A stretch of DNA of 63,571 nt, filler included, from Trichosphaerium sp. ATCC 40318 (GCA_038496445.1; 3 parts of 3 records of this genome joined end to end with filler, not necessarily neighbours in it), one strand, 5' to 3'. Positions 11,259 through 25,194 are shown, counted from the first letter of the whole stretch. The notes: generated by a model not told the origin, from the letters alone. A program made the numbers and translations.

Positions 11259-14200
11259 TTAAAGACTTGTACTTGTGTTGTCGTTAATAATGGTAACTGT
11301 ATCTCTTAGCACAGGATGAAGTGTTCTCAAGTAAGCAACAACATCATCACGTGTTCCTTCATTTAAAACAAAATCATGTCCGTCACAAGCATGACGTACA
11401 AACCAATCATGACACATCATTTCTATAATCTCTCCTTCCATATGCATTGTGTATTCTAGTATCTGTAAAAAGACATCAAGGCATTCAACACCACATTGAT
11501 GTTTTACAAAGCCTGATAAAACATATCCTTTCATTCTTTCGATTTGGTACTTATCACTTAACTTGTAAAGCATCCATAGAGTATCTATATCGTTTAAGGG
11601 AATGCTGTCTTTGTATAGATAATCCAATAAAAGGTTGACGACACCGAGAGGTTCACCAATTTTGATGACATTAGCATTCTTATCTGTTGATTGATTTGAT
11701 ATTAGAATTTGTTCAAAGAACGGTATGCGTGCTACTAAGATAACCTAATACAATCAGTTATTATATTACAATACTACGAGCAATCACAGTATTGGCGCTA
11801 GATAAAAAGAAAACTCGGATAAGCAAACAAAACAAAGAAAAAAAAGTTGCAAAAAGAAACAATGTACCTTGTGACACTTCAGTTCGTTGTCATCACTAGT
11901 CTTTAGAATTAAATCCTTTGATTCTTCATGCTTGTATAGTCTCTTTAAAGATCTTTTGATACCCTTCGAATTGATAAAGTAGCATCCAGGTTTGGTGCTT
12001 TGGATTTCTTTTACGAGCTTATTCGTTTTTAGTGATTGTAACAGTTTTATAAATGAAGGTTCGTCATCGTATTGAACTGATTTGCCATAAATACAAGAAA
12101 TAAGACAATTGAACGCTCTAGAAGAATGGTCAAGCTTCAGGATGGAATCTTTTTCTCCAGCGTCTACAAACAGTTCAGGCACTTGGCTCTCCACGAATAC
12201 CTAAAAAAAAGTAAGTTACACAATTTCATATTTTGCTTTTTTCTTACCCTGCTGATCTTAAGCGATGACTCTTGGTTTAGTTCGAACTCAAAGTCATTAA
12301 GCACTTCATATTTATCTCCTCTGAGCCTACTAAACTCTGATGGAATGATAGTAGCATCACTTAAATCAGGAAACAAGTAAGACTTAAATGACTTTCCAAA
12401 TCGAGTTTCAGGCTTCCCTTTACTCTCCTCAGTCTCCTCTTTCAAAAATGTGAGTATTTACATAAAATTAGTACTAGTGAAGTACCTTCACGTCTTGTCT
12501 TATAAGCAATTTTCTCAATTATGCGAACCAAGGGAAAGTGCAAATCGAACTCTGTTAGCGTGCCGCATATGAACATTACATTGTATCTTCCTTTATTAAT
12601 AGTCTTTTTCAAATCTTCAATGATGTGTAAGACAATTTCATCAACATCAGAGGAACCTTCAATAAAAATAAGCAAACAAAGTTATAGGCATTGATTGAAC
12701 TGATATCGATCAAAAGAAAGAAAAAAATAGGAATATTCTTGTATTGAAGTCTAAGGGTCCACAATCAAATTAAATTCCTTTTTGTTTAATTTATGGGATC
12801 AATAAGGCATGTTTTTAACGTACCTTTGTAGTGTGGAAACATTTTTTGGAATTTAACGAAGTTCTCAGGCATTAACTTTTTGAGAAGATCATATTTTGAT
12901 AAAACTACAATGACGCTGGCATGTGCTAACCCTTTACTGCTAATTTGTTCTGAGAGTAAAATTTTTGCTTTTTCGTATGAATTTGTTTGTGAATCTTCAC
13001 ACAACAAGTACATGAAGCTTGAGAGTTAAAGACAAAACAAAAAAAGAAATTCCAATAAAAATACAAGTCACAACACGAAACAACTATGGATTAGTGTCTT
13101 GTCTATGCCTTACTTGAATTCAAAAAAGATACTCGGTTAGTGACACCACATGGCAAATATAATGTACATTTCCAAAGCAATGTAACCATTTTCTCCATTC
13201 ATTTCGATGACCTTAATAAATAAAAACTTAGACCAACTGCAAAAAATAACAAAAGTAGCATAAGCCTTCAACAATGCCACAGCTTATAATAAAAAACTCT
13301 AATTTTAATAAACAAATACTAAAAGAAAAGTATTATTGAGTACAAAGTAACACGTGATAAGCCTGAGCAACAAATACTTTTAAAACTAAAAAAGACGTAC
13401 CACCAACATCCAAAAGATTAAACTGTTGACCATTATGGCCTAGGTACTCTTTCTCTACAACCCCTGTTGTCCATATACGTACATTCATAATTTCAGGTAT
13501 TGTTACTTCCCATCCTTTAGTTCTTTTTGCAACAGCATTCAATAAACTTAAAAGAAAAAGTTTAGTAAGAAAGTTCATTTTGTATTCTATTATCAGCTTG
13601 TATATCAACGCACATAGATAAATTATGCATAGGGCTATTGTACACAAGAGATTCTTTAAATGCAGTACATTCATCCATGAAGTCTGAATTGACGAGCCTG
13701 TAAAAATACTATTAACTTCTTTCTCAGAAAATTCTTTTTTTCTTCCTTTACGTACTTTTTAACAGCATCAAAACAAGATTGCTCCGAGTCGAAATTATAA
13801 TTGCAATTACACTTAGGATCGTCTGGATCCGATAGACTCAAAATAAGGGATTGAGTGCTCTAGTTAATTAATTAAACCAAATCAAATACCAGATCTTTAG
13901 CAGTAAGCCGTGCCTTCTTGCAACGACTAAAATAAGGACTTCGTTTAAATTCCTGTAAGCAATACCATATATGATGTGTAATAGCGAAGTTGTAATCTCG
14001 TCGGGCTTCTACATCTTCTTGAAGCAATTGTACGCAAAAATGCTTAACAAACGTAGATTTGCCTATTTACGTGACTGAATAAGCTAATAAACGCTTTTAT
14101 TTCGTGCTAACCGCTGAATGCCGATCCTGGTGTTTATTAGTTTCAAATTAAATAACTGACGCTGTTTGATACGCCTACCAAGTACTAGAATCGTGATTTC

Positions 14201-14305
14201 GTCTATCTCTAGTTTTTTCGCTTCAATTGCAGCTTTTTTGATAGATTTCAGTTTGCTAGCCTTATCCAGCCTGTTTACCGCTTGCTTACATTTTTTGTTA
14301 CCCAT
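11259..14305 (-). CDS. Heterotrimeric G-protein alpha-like subunit fused to C-terminal BTB domain(s)
   Basis: MGNKKC N-terminus; ILVLGSAFSGKST P-loop (via a 15-nt micro-exon); RIWTTG; LLDVGGHRNEWRKWLHCF; VLSKYD; in-frame splices continue into DLILKTSDDNELKCHKVILVARIPFF..LLDYLY (BTB). Confidence 0.82.
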
Positions 14306-16019
14306 TTCTGACTTGTAAGCGTTAAAACTGAAATAATTAAGATCTAGCCAATCTGTTTCACTTAATTGCTTTCTTGAGGCGCTTGGACTGTAAGCTTTTG
14401 GAAAAAGCAAGAGTTGATTACATTTGTTTACATAAATATGGGCTTAAACTCATTATCCGCAACAAAAAAATTACTTGTAACATGTTTCATCAAAACTCAC
14501 TATTGACCACTAAAATGGCCTTAAAACGATGTTAATTACCTATCACAACCATGTAAAAGTGCAATAAGCGGAATAAACACCAATCTGATACCCTGCTTAA
14601 CAATAGCGTAAATACGCACAGTATATGATTTTTTAGCGCCTAATAAACGTAGAATACCGCTTACAGCAACGTTTACAAGAAACCGTTACAATAAGCTAAC
14701 ACAGCTTTGTTGGCAAATGCTAATTCATGGCGAACGCCTCACACTTACAACCATGATTGAGATGGTTGAAAATAGCGCGCTGAGAAATATGCATGGGAAA
14801 ATTGTATTACTTTAACTCTTTACACTGTAACAGCTTAAAAAGTGACTCCTTTCAAGCAACACCAGCAATGGCAATTTCGAAATTTGTGAACCGTCCGATT
14901 TGAGGCCGGCTTAACTGCCCGGTGAATGCAGCTTCTCTTCAGCATATCTTTTATTTTACACCTTTAGGTTATCTCTACACTCTCCAGAGCCCTTTACGCC
15001 CATGACGGGCCCAAAGCACTCCTGCGCACACAGTTTAATGCTATAGCTCTGTTTGACATACTAAAGTACTTTTAGTCACACTGCTGGCCTTTCTTTTGTA
15101 TTTCATTGGTAATCTGATTTAATTCTCTATTCTGCTTTTACACGCTAAAATCAACTACACTAACTCGATTTTACCTTTCTCACCGCTTTTTAGCAATAAA
15201 CTAACTTCCTAAAGGAACACCTCACTATTTCTACATTTACGGCCACTGAACATGCTTGTAACTCAAACATTATTAGCAGGTAATGAAACTAGATGTCAAT
15301 GAAGATAGCAAGGTCAGATTTTTGAAATAATTTTTTTTTTTTTTTTTTTTTTCCTTTTCGTATAATCACGTGCGCAATGAATATGTTTCCACAAGTGTAG
15401 ATAGCTTTGCTATGAGGAACATTTCTTTTTTAGCTGGGCTGGACCATTTCTATATGCACCTGAGCAATACAGTAATCAAACGGATAGCAACAAATTGTCC
15501 ATGAAAACGTTAACCTCAGAACCATAATCAAATTGCTGACCATTAATAGAACATACGCATATGCCGGACGACAAGGTTGGTTAAAAAAAAAAATGTGCAA
15601 AAGAATAGAAATTGTTTTATTTTCATCTGTACGATTGGTTCTGTTCCATGACATGATGTCCTCCTGTAACTTTCTGTACACGCATGTCAATCTGTAAGTC
15701 GTCTTCCATGTAAACCCCCTATATGTAATAAAGTAGGCGCTAGCACGCTGCCTCTTGTTCTAAAAAAAAAATGTGAACCGTTCCGATTTCTGGTATTTTT
15801 TTAAACTCAAACGCACGCCCTTCCGTTAGACAAAAGTCTATGTGTAACTTTAATAATACGCAATATTGTTCAGTTGGATAAGCACTTTCACGAAGAACAA
15901 GCATAGTTCCAAAGAATACTATTAAAACATGTAGAACATCTGCTGTTTACTTGGTGCTGTCTTTATACTACGCTTTGAACAATGAAACATTTATTGTCCT
16001 GTTAACATTGCTCAAAAAT

Positions 16020-16140
16020 CTTGCTTTGTGAACGCAATGTTAATGCCAACCTTTTAAAACAATTTGCTGGAGTTCATACTATTCACCTTGATGACACTTC
16101 AGTAACAGATGAAAGTGGTTGGAGTGGATACTATTAACCT
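16020..16140 (+). pseudogene. Remnant of the LRR family
   Basis: Translates as NANLLKQFAGVHTIHLDDTSVTDE, then a frameshifted GVDTINL; matches the repeats of 1020-1805. Confidence 0.65.
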
Positions 16141-16487
16141 GGTATGATAATTCGAGATGTAAACAGACATCTTGGCACGTGACTTGCAATCCCGTTTCTG
16201 TTATTTGAAGTATAACTCAAAAAATTCTGATTTTTCAGATACTGGAGGCACTACACACTTGAAAGACTCTGGATTTCCTTACACGCACCTCCACACACGC
16301 TAGTACCATGCCTCACGCCCATCAATTTATCACGTGATGATTTCTCGTTAAAGTGTTTTTTTAAGCTAGTTGTCAACAAAACATGGGTATTGGCCTATTT
16401 GGCAAACATTTATTTATTAACACTCATCTTGTTGCCAAAGAAAAAAAAAAGGCGCTTTGTTCTTTTGTTGTTTTGGTTTTTTTTTTT

Positions 16488-19400
16488 TCAAAGTGTGCCG
16501 GAAGCCTCTTCTGGTGGTTGAAAAAGATGATGGGATGGCGGGTATGGATATGGCCATTCTTTGTAGTCTTTTCCAAATACGAATGTACGTAACCATTCAG
16601 ACTCAATTTCATCACCATACCTACACAGTAGTGTTAGTAGTTGAGGCAAAAAAAAAAGTTGTGGAACTTCTGAAAAAAAAATCAAAATGTTGTGTTTTCC
16701 CTTTGCTCTTTTCCTTACCTCTTATAGTTCTCTGGTAATTTACCATAGTATATTTCATCTCCCTTACCAATATATTTTGGATCAATATATACTTGACCAT
16801 CTATAACAAAAAACAATGATAAGCAATCAACAAACACAAATCGAAAGAAAAAAAGCGAAAAAAAAAAAAAAAGAAAACATTTCTTACCTTCCAAAGAGTC
16901 GACAGTCTTCGCCATATCATGCATCCTTTTTATCATATTCTGCTTAGATGGCTCCTGAGACTCAAACATGAACGCCTCCATTCCTCCAGTATGTTGATCA
17001 TGATATACTGGATGAGTTTTAGAAATATATTCTAAGAACGCTTCTTTGAAACTATCTAAATCATATTCTTCTTCAGTAAACTTTCCTTCTTGTATACCCA
17101 TCTCATAAAGTTCCTCAAGTTGTTCATCATCACACGTATCAAGATCACCCTTATAGTGCAAATACTCGAAAGGTGTTGAATCAAGACGATCACCAAGACT
17201 CTTAATAGCTCTATTCTCAAACCAAGGTGCAACAAAATCAGGAGGAGGTAGTTCACTCAAACCAAGACTTTTAAGATAAACATCTTCCTTAAACTTTTCT
17301 TGTCGTTTACGTGTCTCTTCATCTACAGGCTTATCCTGCTCTTCAGGGTTTATAGGAGCTTCCTCAACATACTTACGCATAAGTTCTGCTTGTTTATACA
17401 TTATATCTTCCTCTGTAAGACCTGTCTTATCGATATACCAAAAAGAATTAGGGTCATCATATTTAGCTTCCTCAGCTTCAATTAACTTTGGATCCACTGT
17501 ATCTTCTACCACTTTTTCTTTACGTGGAAAGTCTTCATAATAACGTGTTTCACCATAAGATGTTCCTTTAAATTGTCGGCTTGATTTCCATAGTTTTGGT
17601 CCGTCTACACGTGGGAATATATGGTATTTTTGTTCAATAGCTAAGAGGGAAAAAAGTGGTAAGTAAAAAAAAAATAAAAAACTGAAACTTTTTTTTGTTG
17701 TTGTTGTTTTTTCGTTTGTTGTTCACGTACGCATAGGGAAATGACCTTGTTGTCCGACAATCTTTGATTTATCATAATGCCAAAATTTGAATTTCTAATA
17801 TTTATGTATAAGTAAAATACAAGGATAGAGTAAAGAGCACAAGCACATTAACATTAAATGTAACAACGACAAGAAAAAAAAATTCTTCAGAAATCCCCAT
17901 CGTTTAAAATTGTAGTGCGCATATTATTATCATATTTACGCAATATTCATAAAGTATTTGCATTGGTGTAAAGTTGTTTAGCTCACTTTAGTGGAACCTC
18001 ACAAAAAGAACAAAACAAAAAAGAAAAAAAACAAGAAAAAAACAGGAATACATACCAACTTTGTGTTACTACTCCTAGCACTTCTACAGTATTGATTGAA
18101 ATCATACACAAATCTATAAAAGAAATAATTAGTATCTTCAAATAATAAAATAAGGCAATACGCGTTGCCTAGAACGACTAAAAAAACAGTATCCAAAAAA
18201 AAATAACTTACGTGTCAAAAAGATGTGTATACTCTTTAGCATCGTTTTTAGATAAACTAGTAATCATACCGGCTGGGCTGACCTTAGCTGGAGTAACTGT
18301 GAACAAGAAAGGCACCCATTTATCTTTTTCCTCTTCACTGACGCTCTAATAAACGTTAGACAAAATTCCGATTTCTTTTCTGTATTCTTTTCCAAATCAA
18401 AGAAAAAAACTGCTCTAGTGTACCCCAAACCAAATTTTTGCTTGAAACGTTATCTCATCTGGATAGTCCATTTGAAACGTTACTAATTAATATTGATTAA
18501 TACGGAAAAGAAGAAAATAATAAAGAAGAAATTCTTAAAAAACTCGAAGAAAAAAAACTTACCACAACCGTAACCCATTTCTTCTATAGATAATAAAGTT
18601 GATATCTTTTGTGGGTCCAAAATAGGACTCATTCCGCCTATAGTGAACTCACGGAATCTAGGCATTATTTGTACAAAGTCTTCTAATATATTAAACGCCA
18701 ATGGCGTTTTGAACTACAAAAACAAGTTGTTAGTGACAAGAATACTATTTCACAAATAAAAATTCTGTTCAAGTTGAGAACGTACTTCATGGTTTGCAAA
18801 TCCAAATATTTCACCAATATAACGATATACCACAAGAATACTTACAATAATTCCCCCTTAATTTAAAAAATTCAGCATAAACCCTCATGTACAAAAGAGC
18901 TTAAAGATTTTCGAAAATATTCAAAAATTTAAAAAAAAATTACCTATTGTTACAATTACCCAAGCAATACCCATCGCAGAACCACCACCGAGTGCAGGAA
19001 TCCTTACATTCTTTGTCATCCTTCTCATGAAAAAAGTTGGTGCCCATTTCGCACGGACAACAGCACTTCGTGCTAGAGCTCTATCACCATGAAAGAACCA
19101 ATCCGCAATTAATCCACGAAAATATAATTGAATATTCCTTTTTGTATTCTTGATAGGCTGAAAGACAAACCTACTGATTACACCTGGTTTTTTCTTCTTC
19201 TTCTTCTTCTTCTTAGGCATTTGACGTGCAGTTATAAGTTTAGGTTCAGGAAGTGAAAGAAGAGTTCTGACTCTTTGTTTTAAAGTTGGTGTATCCAAGT
19301 TTGCCAGAATACCTACTATCTTTTCTCTAGCCTCTATTGCCCAACTATCATTTGAATGAATTTGAGATGCATAGTATGTAAGTAGGTCATTTCTACTTCT

Positions 19401-21739
19401 AGAAAGCAACTTCTTTACTAAATTCTGTTCTTCTTGTTCTCGTTTGTAAGCAATTCTGTCAAGCTTAATCATTTCTCTCATATAATCACGCTTTGATATG
19501 TATCCAATATCTTTCAAGTAATACATCTCACCAGCAGCGTATCCAGATTCAGCAGCTTGTGGAGGGGTTATCCATTCATGCCTAGAGAGCACTTTATTAG
19601 CAAAGAAATCAATTGAATTACAAAAAAGAAGAAAAAATTACGAAAGAACAAGTTCAAAAAGAAATATCCTTTCCCGCTCTAAAAATGCTAACTATTATTT
19701 TTCTTTCGATATTTCCTTTAAATACACACTGTAATATACGTAGCATAGCCAAATTTAAAAATAGAGCGTCAAGTGTAAGAATTGAGTTTACAAAAAAAAA
19801 AATAGAAAAAAAGCAGTTTCGATCTGTTTTTAGACATACCACCAACGATAGGCATCAACACGTGGATTGACATCTAACACATGATCATCCGCTACATCAT
19901 GTAATTGACCAGTTCTTAACCGAGCAGGTTTTCCGAGAGGAGTAAAGACACCAAGTGCACGTCTCATCTGACGGAAAGGTTGAATAATAGGATTAGGTAA
20001 ACCCAATCGACGGAATATTGTATCATCTCTTGGTGGCACATTTCTGAAATATGTTGGGTTCTGTAATAAACCAAATCGTTCACCAAGTGTAGGATTGTCT
20101 AAAATACGAAAAAGTCAAAAAACGTGCACACAAACGCGAGTAGAATAAAAAAAAAAAGAAAAAAAAAAAGATCTTCAAATAATAATATGACGTACATATT
20201 GGAAGCGTCTGCAATTGATTGTACACATGCCACTTTTGCATTATATCACGAGGATGTAATGGATTAAGATCCATCTTATTACCCATTTCATCAACTCGAG
20301 GTTGAAGTACATCTCGTCTTATACGCTGTATCTCAGCATAGTGACCTGTCTTCATCCTAAACCATTCCACTTCACGATCTAATAAAAAGCCATGGATTTA
20401 GTACAATTTTACATAGTAATAATCGCGTAACTAAACAACAGGGACATTGGTAAAGCAAGATACAATCAATGTTAAGGACAGTTTTTCGACTGAAAAAAAA
20501 AAAGAAGAAACAACACAAACAAAAATTATTGTGACAACTTACCGAAAATCTCCGGATACTTCCTTCCAAGAAGATATTTTGAAGGATCTGTTATCTTTAC
20601 ACCATGCTCCAAAAAAAAATCTTGTGTTTGTTTAAACTCTTCTGGAGATTTCCATTGTGAAGCTAGACAGAACAGTGTTAAGGGTAATGACTTCCAATAA
20701 ATAATGATCTTAATTCTTACGTGGAGGTATCATATCTTCTTCTTCTGCACCCTCACCCTTTTCTGCCTCTGTTGCTGCAGCATAGTATTCACGTATACCA
20801 TCTTGAAGGCCCTACAAGGTATTTAAGGTTGATTTAGGAAAAACGCTTTAAAATCGCTTAAAATCGTTTAAAATATGCACTCTGAGCGTAGTCGCTACTA
20901 TTTATGCGTGTTGCGTGTGCTAGAGCATTAATCTGATAAAATACGTTTGGACAAACACGAAAAGTCAAAAATGCTTCGTGCGCCATTTCCTACTTACATC
21001 TTCATCTTTTTTTAATCGTTCAGCTCTGGCATCCATAAACTCTTCAGTCGCGTGGGAACCAGTTTGAAACTCTGAATTCCATTCTGCCTGCTTCTTTTGC
21101 GATTCAGGCTAGTTCATACGTGAGATCAAAGGCGAAATAGCGGTATAAAAGGAGAAATAATGTATACATCGTCATTCACTGCGTATCGCTTTGCTATTGG
21201 CTCTCTCGCTCCAAATGATCCATGTACTCCAGGTTCATCGTAATCCATGTAATTTGTTAAACGTGGAAGGTCAGGCTCTGGTTTGAACCCAAACTCAGCT
21301 TCCATCTCCTCTTCCATCCTTTTTCTAGTCTCCTCATCCTTTTTTCTGGTATCCTCATCAACGCCAGCGTTCTTTTCTTCGCCTTTATTGTTTTCGTTGT
21401 TTTCTTTGGGTCCATCGCAATACCGTCGTACATGGCTATTAGAGGTTGAATGGTGAGCGATTTAATGAAGTTTGGCAGGAAAGTATACAATTAACGAACA
21501 AAAGTCGCGTACGGTGGTAGTGCATTATGTAATGTAGGCTTTCGTATCAATAACCCGCCTGAACGAGAGCGTAGAATACTGTTTGTTTTTTTAGTGGTTG
21601 CATAGTATCTCTGAGTGCTAAGAGGTTAGCGTAAAATAGCTTGGACAGTAAAATAGCTTTTCCATGCCTTTGATTGCCTAGGGGCGTAATATTGCTTGCC
21701 CCTAACAAGGTACGTAAGCCTCGTTAGGGCTCTCGACAT
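16488..21739 (-). CDS. Large multi-exon, probably mitochondrion-targeted hypothetical protein
   Basis: Basic MSRALTRL..QRYYATTKK presequence-like N-terminus; many co-oriented exons with GT-AG boundaries; a hydrophobic segment and an acidic C-terminal region; no family recognised. Confidence 0.65.
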
Positions 21740-21889
21740 TAGTGAGCTCAAACAGAAAACTGAAAGAAATGGCTTGATCGCTATACATTTATACCAACTT
21801 AATTGGAGATAATATTACGTCACACGCTGCTATAACTTCAAGAAAAGGGTTCGTACAAAGAATAGCCAAGTAATCAGATCGGCCAACCA

Positions 21890-22351
21890 ATGTTCCTCAA
21901 ATCGGCTGTGTGGTACCACAATACGCGCAATACCACCAAAACAAAGCGACCCGCCACGTTCAGAAAGTTTCACTCCCAAAGAGTGCTTAAAATTAAACAA
22001 GGCTACACTGACATACACCCGAAGATCAAAAGAGACGGTTTCAGTGTCGCTAAACGCGAAAAGAGCAAACCTGAACCGTCTGTGCGTGCAGCGGACCTTG
22101 CATTGTCTGACAATAGCAGACTAGAAAAGGTGGACAAAATGCGTTTGGCGTTGGCTAAAAAACAATACGATATGGTAACAGAATTATACCAAAGGTTGCC
22201 AATGGATATGAAAACACCAACAACAACATCCATAGCAATAGACGCTTTATTCAGACAAGGACAGTTGCTTAAAGTTGATTCTTTTTACCAGGCGTATAAA
22301 GTGCGTAACCTGGTTTCGTCAGTGCTTCTTTCGGTGATGATTAGGGGATAC
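21890..22351 (+). CDS. Pentatricopeptide-repeat (PPR)-like protein, 5' part (cut by gap)
   Basis: Basic presequence-like N-terminus; PTTTSIAIDALFRQGQL and LLSVMIRGY resemble PPR helices. Confidence 0.6.
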
Positions 22352-22441
22352 AGGCAAGTCTTATTCGTATTAGCGTTGGTGTTAACCCAACTCCGCTTTT
22401 TTTCTTGTTTTTGAAACTTTTTCTTTGTCTCTCACTATGTG

Positions 22442-22541
22442 NNNNNNNNNNNNNNNNNNNNNNNNNNNNNNNNNNNNNNNNNNNNTTAATTAATTAANNN
22501 NNNNNNNNNNNNNNNNNNNNNNNNNNNNNNNNNNNNNNNNN
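22442..22541. other. Assembly gap with synthetic TTAATTAATTAA linker
   Basis: N-run, ttaattaattaa, N-run; same layout as the second gap. Confidence 0.97.
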
Positions 22542-22542
22542 C

Positions 22543-23229
22543 TGAGGATTATGACAGATTCAGACCTATGGGCTACCCTGTAAGACTTAGTACATTTGTT
22601 GTTGAGTAACAATTTTTCTGAAATGTTTCGTTTGTTTCTTGTACAATATTTTCTTCTCACGTGATTTTTTTTTTAGCAAACTGATGTTTTTCTCATATGC
22701 TTCAGCGTTGTTTCACCAGTAAGTCTTCAGAATATAGTTTCCAAGGTACGCCTAAAGCTAAAAGGATATTTTTGTTTGTTTTAGCTGGTATATTTTTAGT
22801 GAAACAATTAATCACGTGTAGTGGAAACCTGAAGTACAACACCATTGTCCAGATACACCTATTATTCTCGCAGGTCTTAAAATGGATTTGAGAACAACAC
22901 CTAGAATTGATGGAACTCCATACGACTGCGTACCTCGAGAAGAGGCTGAAAATGTTGCAAAAAAAATAGGGGTAAACTACTTCCACTATTTTTATATCTC
23001 ACTCGCTGATTATCTCTACAAAGGCAATGTCTTACGTGGAATGTAGCGCTCTTACTCAAGATGGTTTGAAGCAAGGTACATATCATGAGTGTTCTTAAAC
23101 TCAGCTTCTACATAAAAGCAATAAAGGGTGCTAACGCTCTTTGTAGCATTCGAAGAAGCAGCTATAGCAGCATTAACACATAGGCGAAGTTTTACATCTA
23201 CAGAGAAAACAAACTGCGTTGTAATGTAA
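22543..23229 (+). CDS. Rho/Rac family GTPase, 3' part
   Basis: [53 protein letters not shown]; CAAX box CVVM. Confidence 0.93.
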
Positions 23230-23695
23230 AATAATGTTTAAACAGTCTCTTTCCATCTCTGTTGTGATCGAGACCAATAAACAAAGTGTAAAAAAATAGT
23301 GTTCATCCTCGAGTACAGTCACTCGTACATATGTATACAGTACAAATGTAGTAACACTAATCATGTAGCCTACATAACTAACCGCTTAGGTTATTAAATA
23401 ATGTCAAACAACAATGAACCAAGGCACTTGCTTCACAACAAAACCTTGTACATTTTTTAAGTGGTAGCAAATAACAGCATTTTAAAACGTCTTAAAAGCC
23501 TGGTCCTCAATAAAGATCCTTCCAGACTGTGACAGTGAGCTAATTGAGCCATTGTAGAAATAGGTGATAGGTTTATGGTATCTTATTCATTGAAAACACA
23601 TAGTCAACAACAGTTGACTTATTCAGCTAGATAACGGCAAAAAATCTTAATTTACAAGTCAACGCACGTACCATAGTTATTAATAGGCAACCTCA

Positions 23696-25116
23696 ATGGC
23701 AGCAAAACGCAAGGTACATTAATGAGCGCATTTGCAGTAATATTAGACCATTCATACAGGAGCCTCTGTAGATTAAAAAGCCTTACAAGTTTACTAAGTT
23801 ATTTTCGCTACTTACTAAATTACGCGTAGATAAATACCTCAGAACCTAATAAAAACCATCTTTTTGACCTCCCAGTGGAGCTACATCTCGATATTATCGA
23901 TCTAGATAAACTGTTCTCAAAGTGGCCACTACTATCGAAACACACAGCAATGACAACTAGGTTTGATTGTGAGTTTAATAAACATGGTAAATGGAAAGAT
24001 TGGCACTACAACGGGCTTATAAGAAGGTTATGTGTCTTTTTACATGGTAAACAAGATGGAGAATACAAAGAGTGGCATAACAATGGGAAACTACATACTC
24101 AGCATAATCGTGTTGATGACAAGTACAAAGGAGAGTACAAGACATGGGATTTGAGAGGTAGATTGACTGAGTTTTGTACCTATGTCAATGGTAAACTTGA
24201 AGGAGAATACAATACTTGGCATGCTGGTGTAATGACAAAGAAGTGTTTTTATGTTGATGGTAAACTTGAGGGGGAATACAAGAATTGGACTAAAGAGTTT
24301 CAACTTCTTGTTCATTGTTATTATGTCAATGGTAAGCAAGAAGGTATGTACCGTGAATATTATGAACAAGGTCAACGAAGAATCAGAGTTAATTATGTTG
24401 ATGGTAACAAAGAAGGTGAGTATAAGAGATGGTATGAAAATGGAAACCTAGAAGTTAAGATGTACTTTAAAAATGGTAAAGCAGAAGGAGAACAAACGTA
24501 TTATCATCAAACAGGAAAGAAGTATTTCCAACAGTTTTTGGTAAATGAATTACAACAAGGAGAGTACAAGGAATGGCATTTTAATGGTGCTTTGAAAAAG
24601 CAAAGTAATTACAAAAATGGTGAACTTGACGGAGTCCACAAGGAGTTTCATAATAATGGTCAGTTATGCTGCCAAGGTTTTAATGTAGATGGTAAGCTAA
24701 ATGGAGAGTATAAAGAGTGGCATAGAAATGGTCAATTGTATCAACAGTGTTGGTATGATGATGATAAACTTGAAGGAGAATTAACTCAATGGTATGAAAA
24801 TGGTAACATTGAAAAACATTATCATCTTGTCAATGATAAACTAGAAGGTATGATGAAAGTATGGTACTATAACAAGAATATGCATTATCAATGTAATTAT
24901 GCAAATGATGAATATCATGGGGAGTATACTGAGTGGCATGAAAACGGTCAAGTTTACAAAAAGTGTAATTACACTAATGGAAGGATCAATGACGGAGAGT
25001 ACAATGAATGGTACAACAATGGTCAATTATCTAGACAATATTTTATTGTTGATAATGAAAGGGTAAACAGTTTGACAGTAGAATGGAGTTATAACGGAGA
25101 ACAAGTAAGGAAATAA
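23696..25116 (+). CDS. F-box-like + long MORN-variant repeat protein
   Basis: NHLFDLPVELHLDI N-terminus (short first exon MAAKRK|gtacat modelled), then about 15 GEYKEWxxNGQL-type repeats in a single exon. Confidence 0.85.
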
Positions 25117-25194
25117 ACGTGTCACAATTGTGAAATAAAAAACTCGATTTGAGGTTTTTTTTTATTTGTTCTTCTTGGCATACCAATAGATCGC

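Noticed and set aside
13862-13915. GC-AG introns (also near 3890 and 22351)
   Set aside because: Alternative GT donors are possible; cannot be resolved without transcripts
22442-22541. TTAATTAATTAA palindrome inside N-runs (also 46753-46852)
   Set aside because: Identical in both gaps; a synthetic all-frame stop linker from scaffolding, so adjacency across the gaps is unproven
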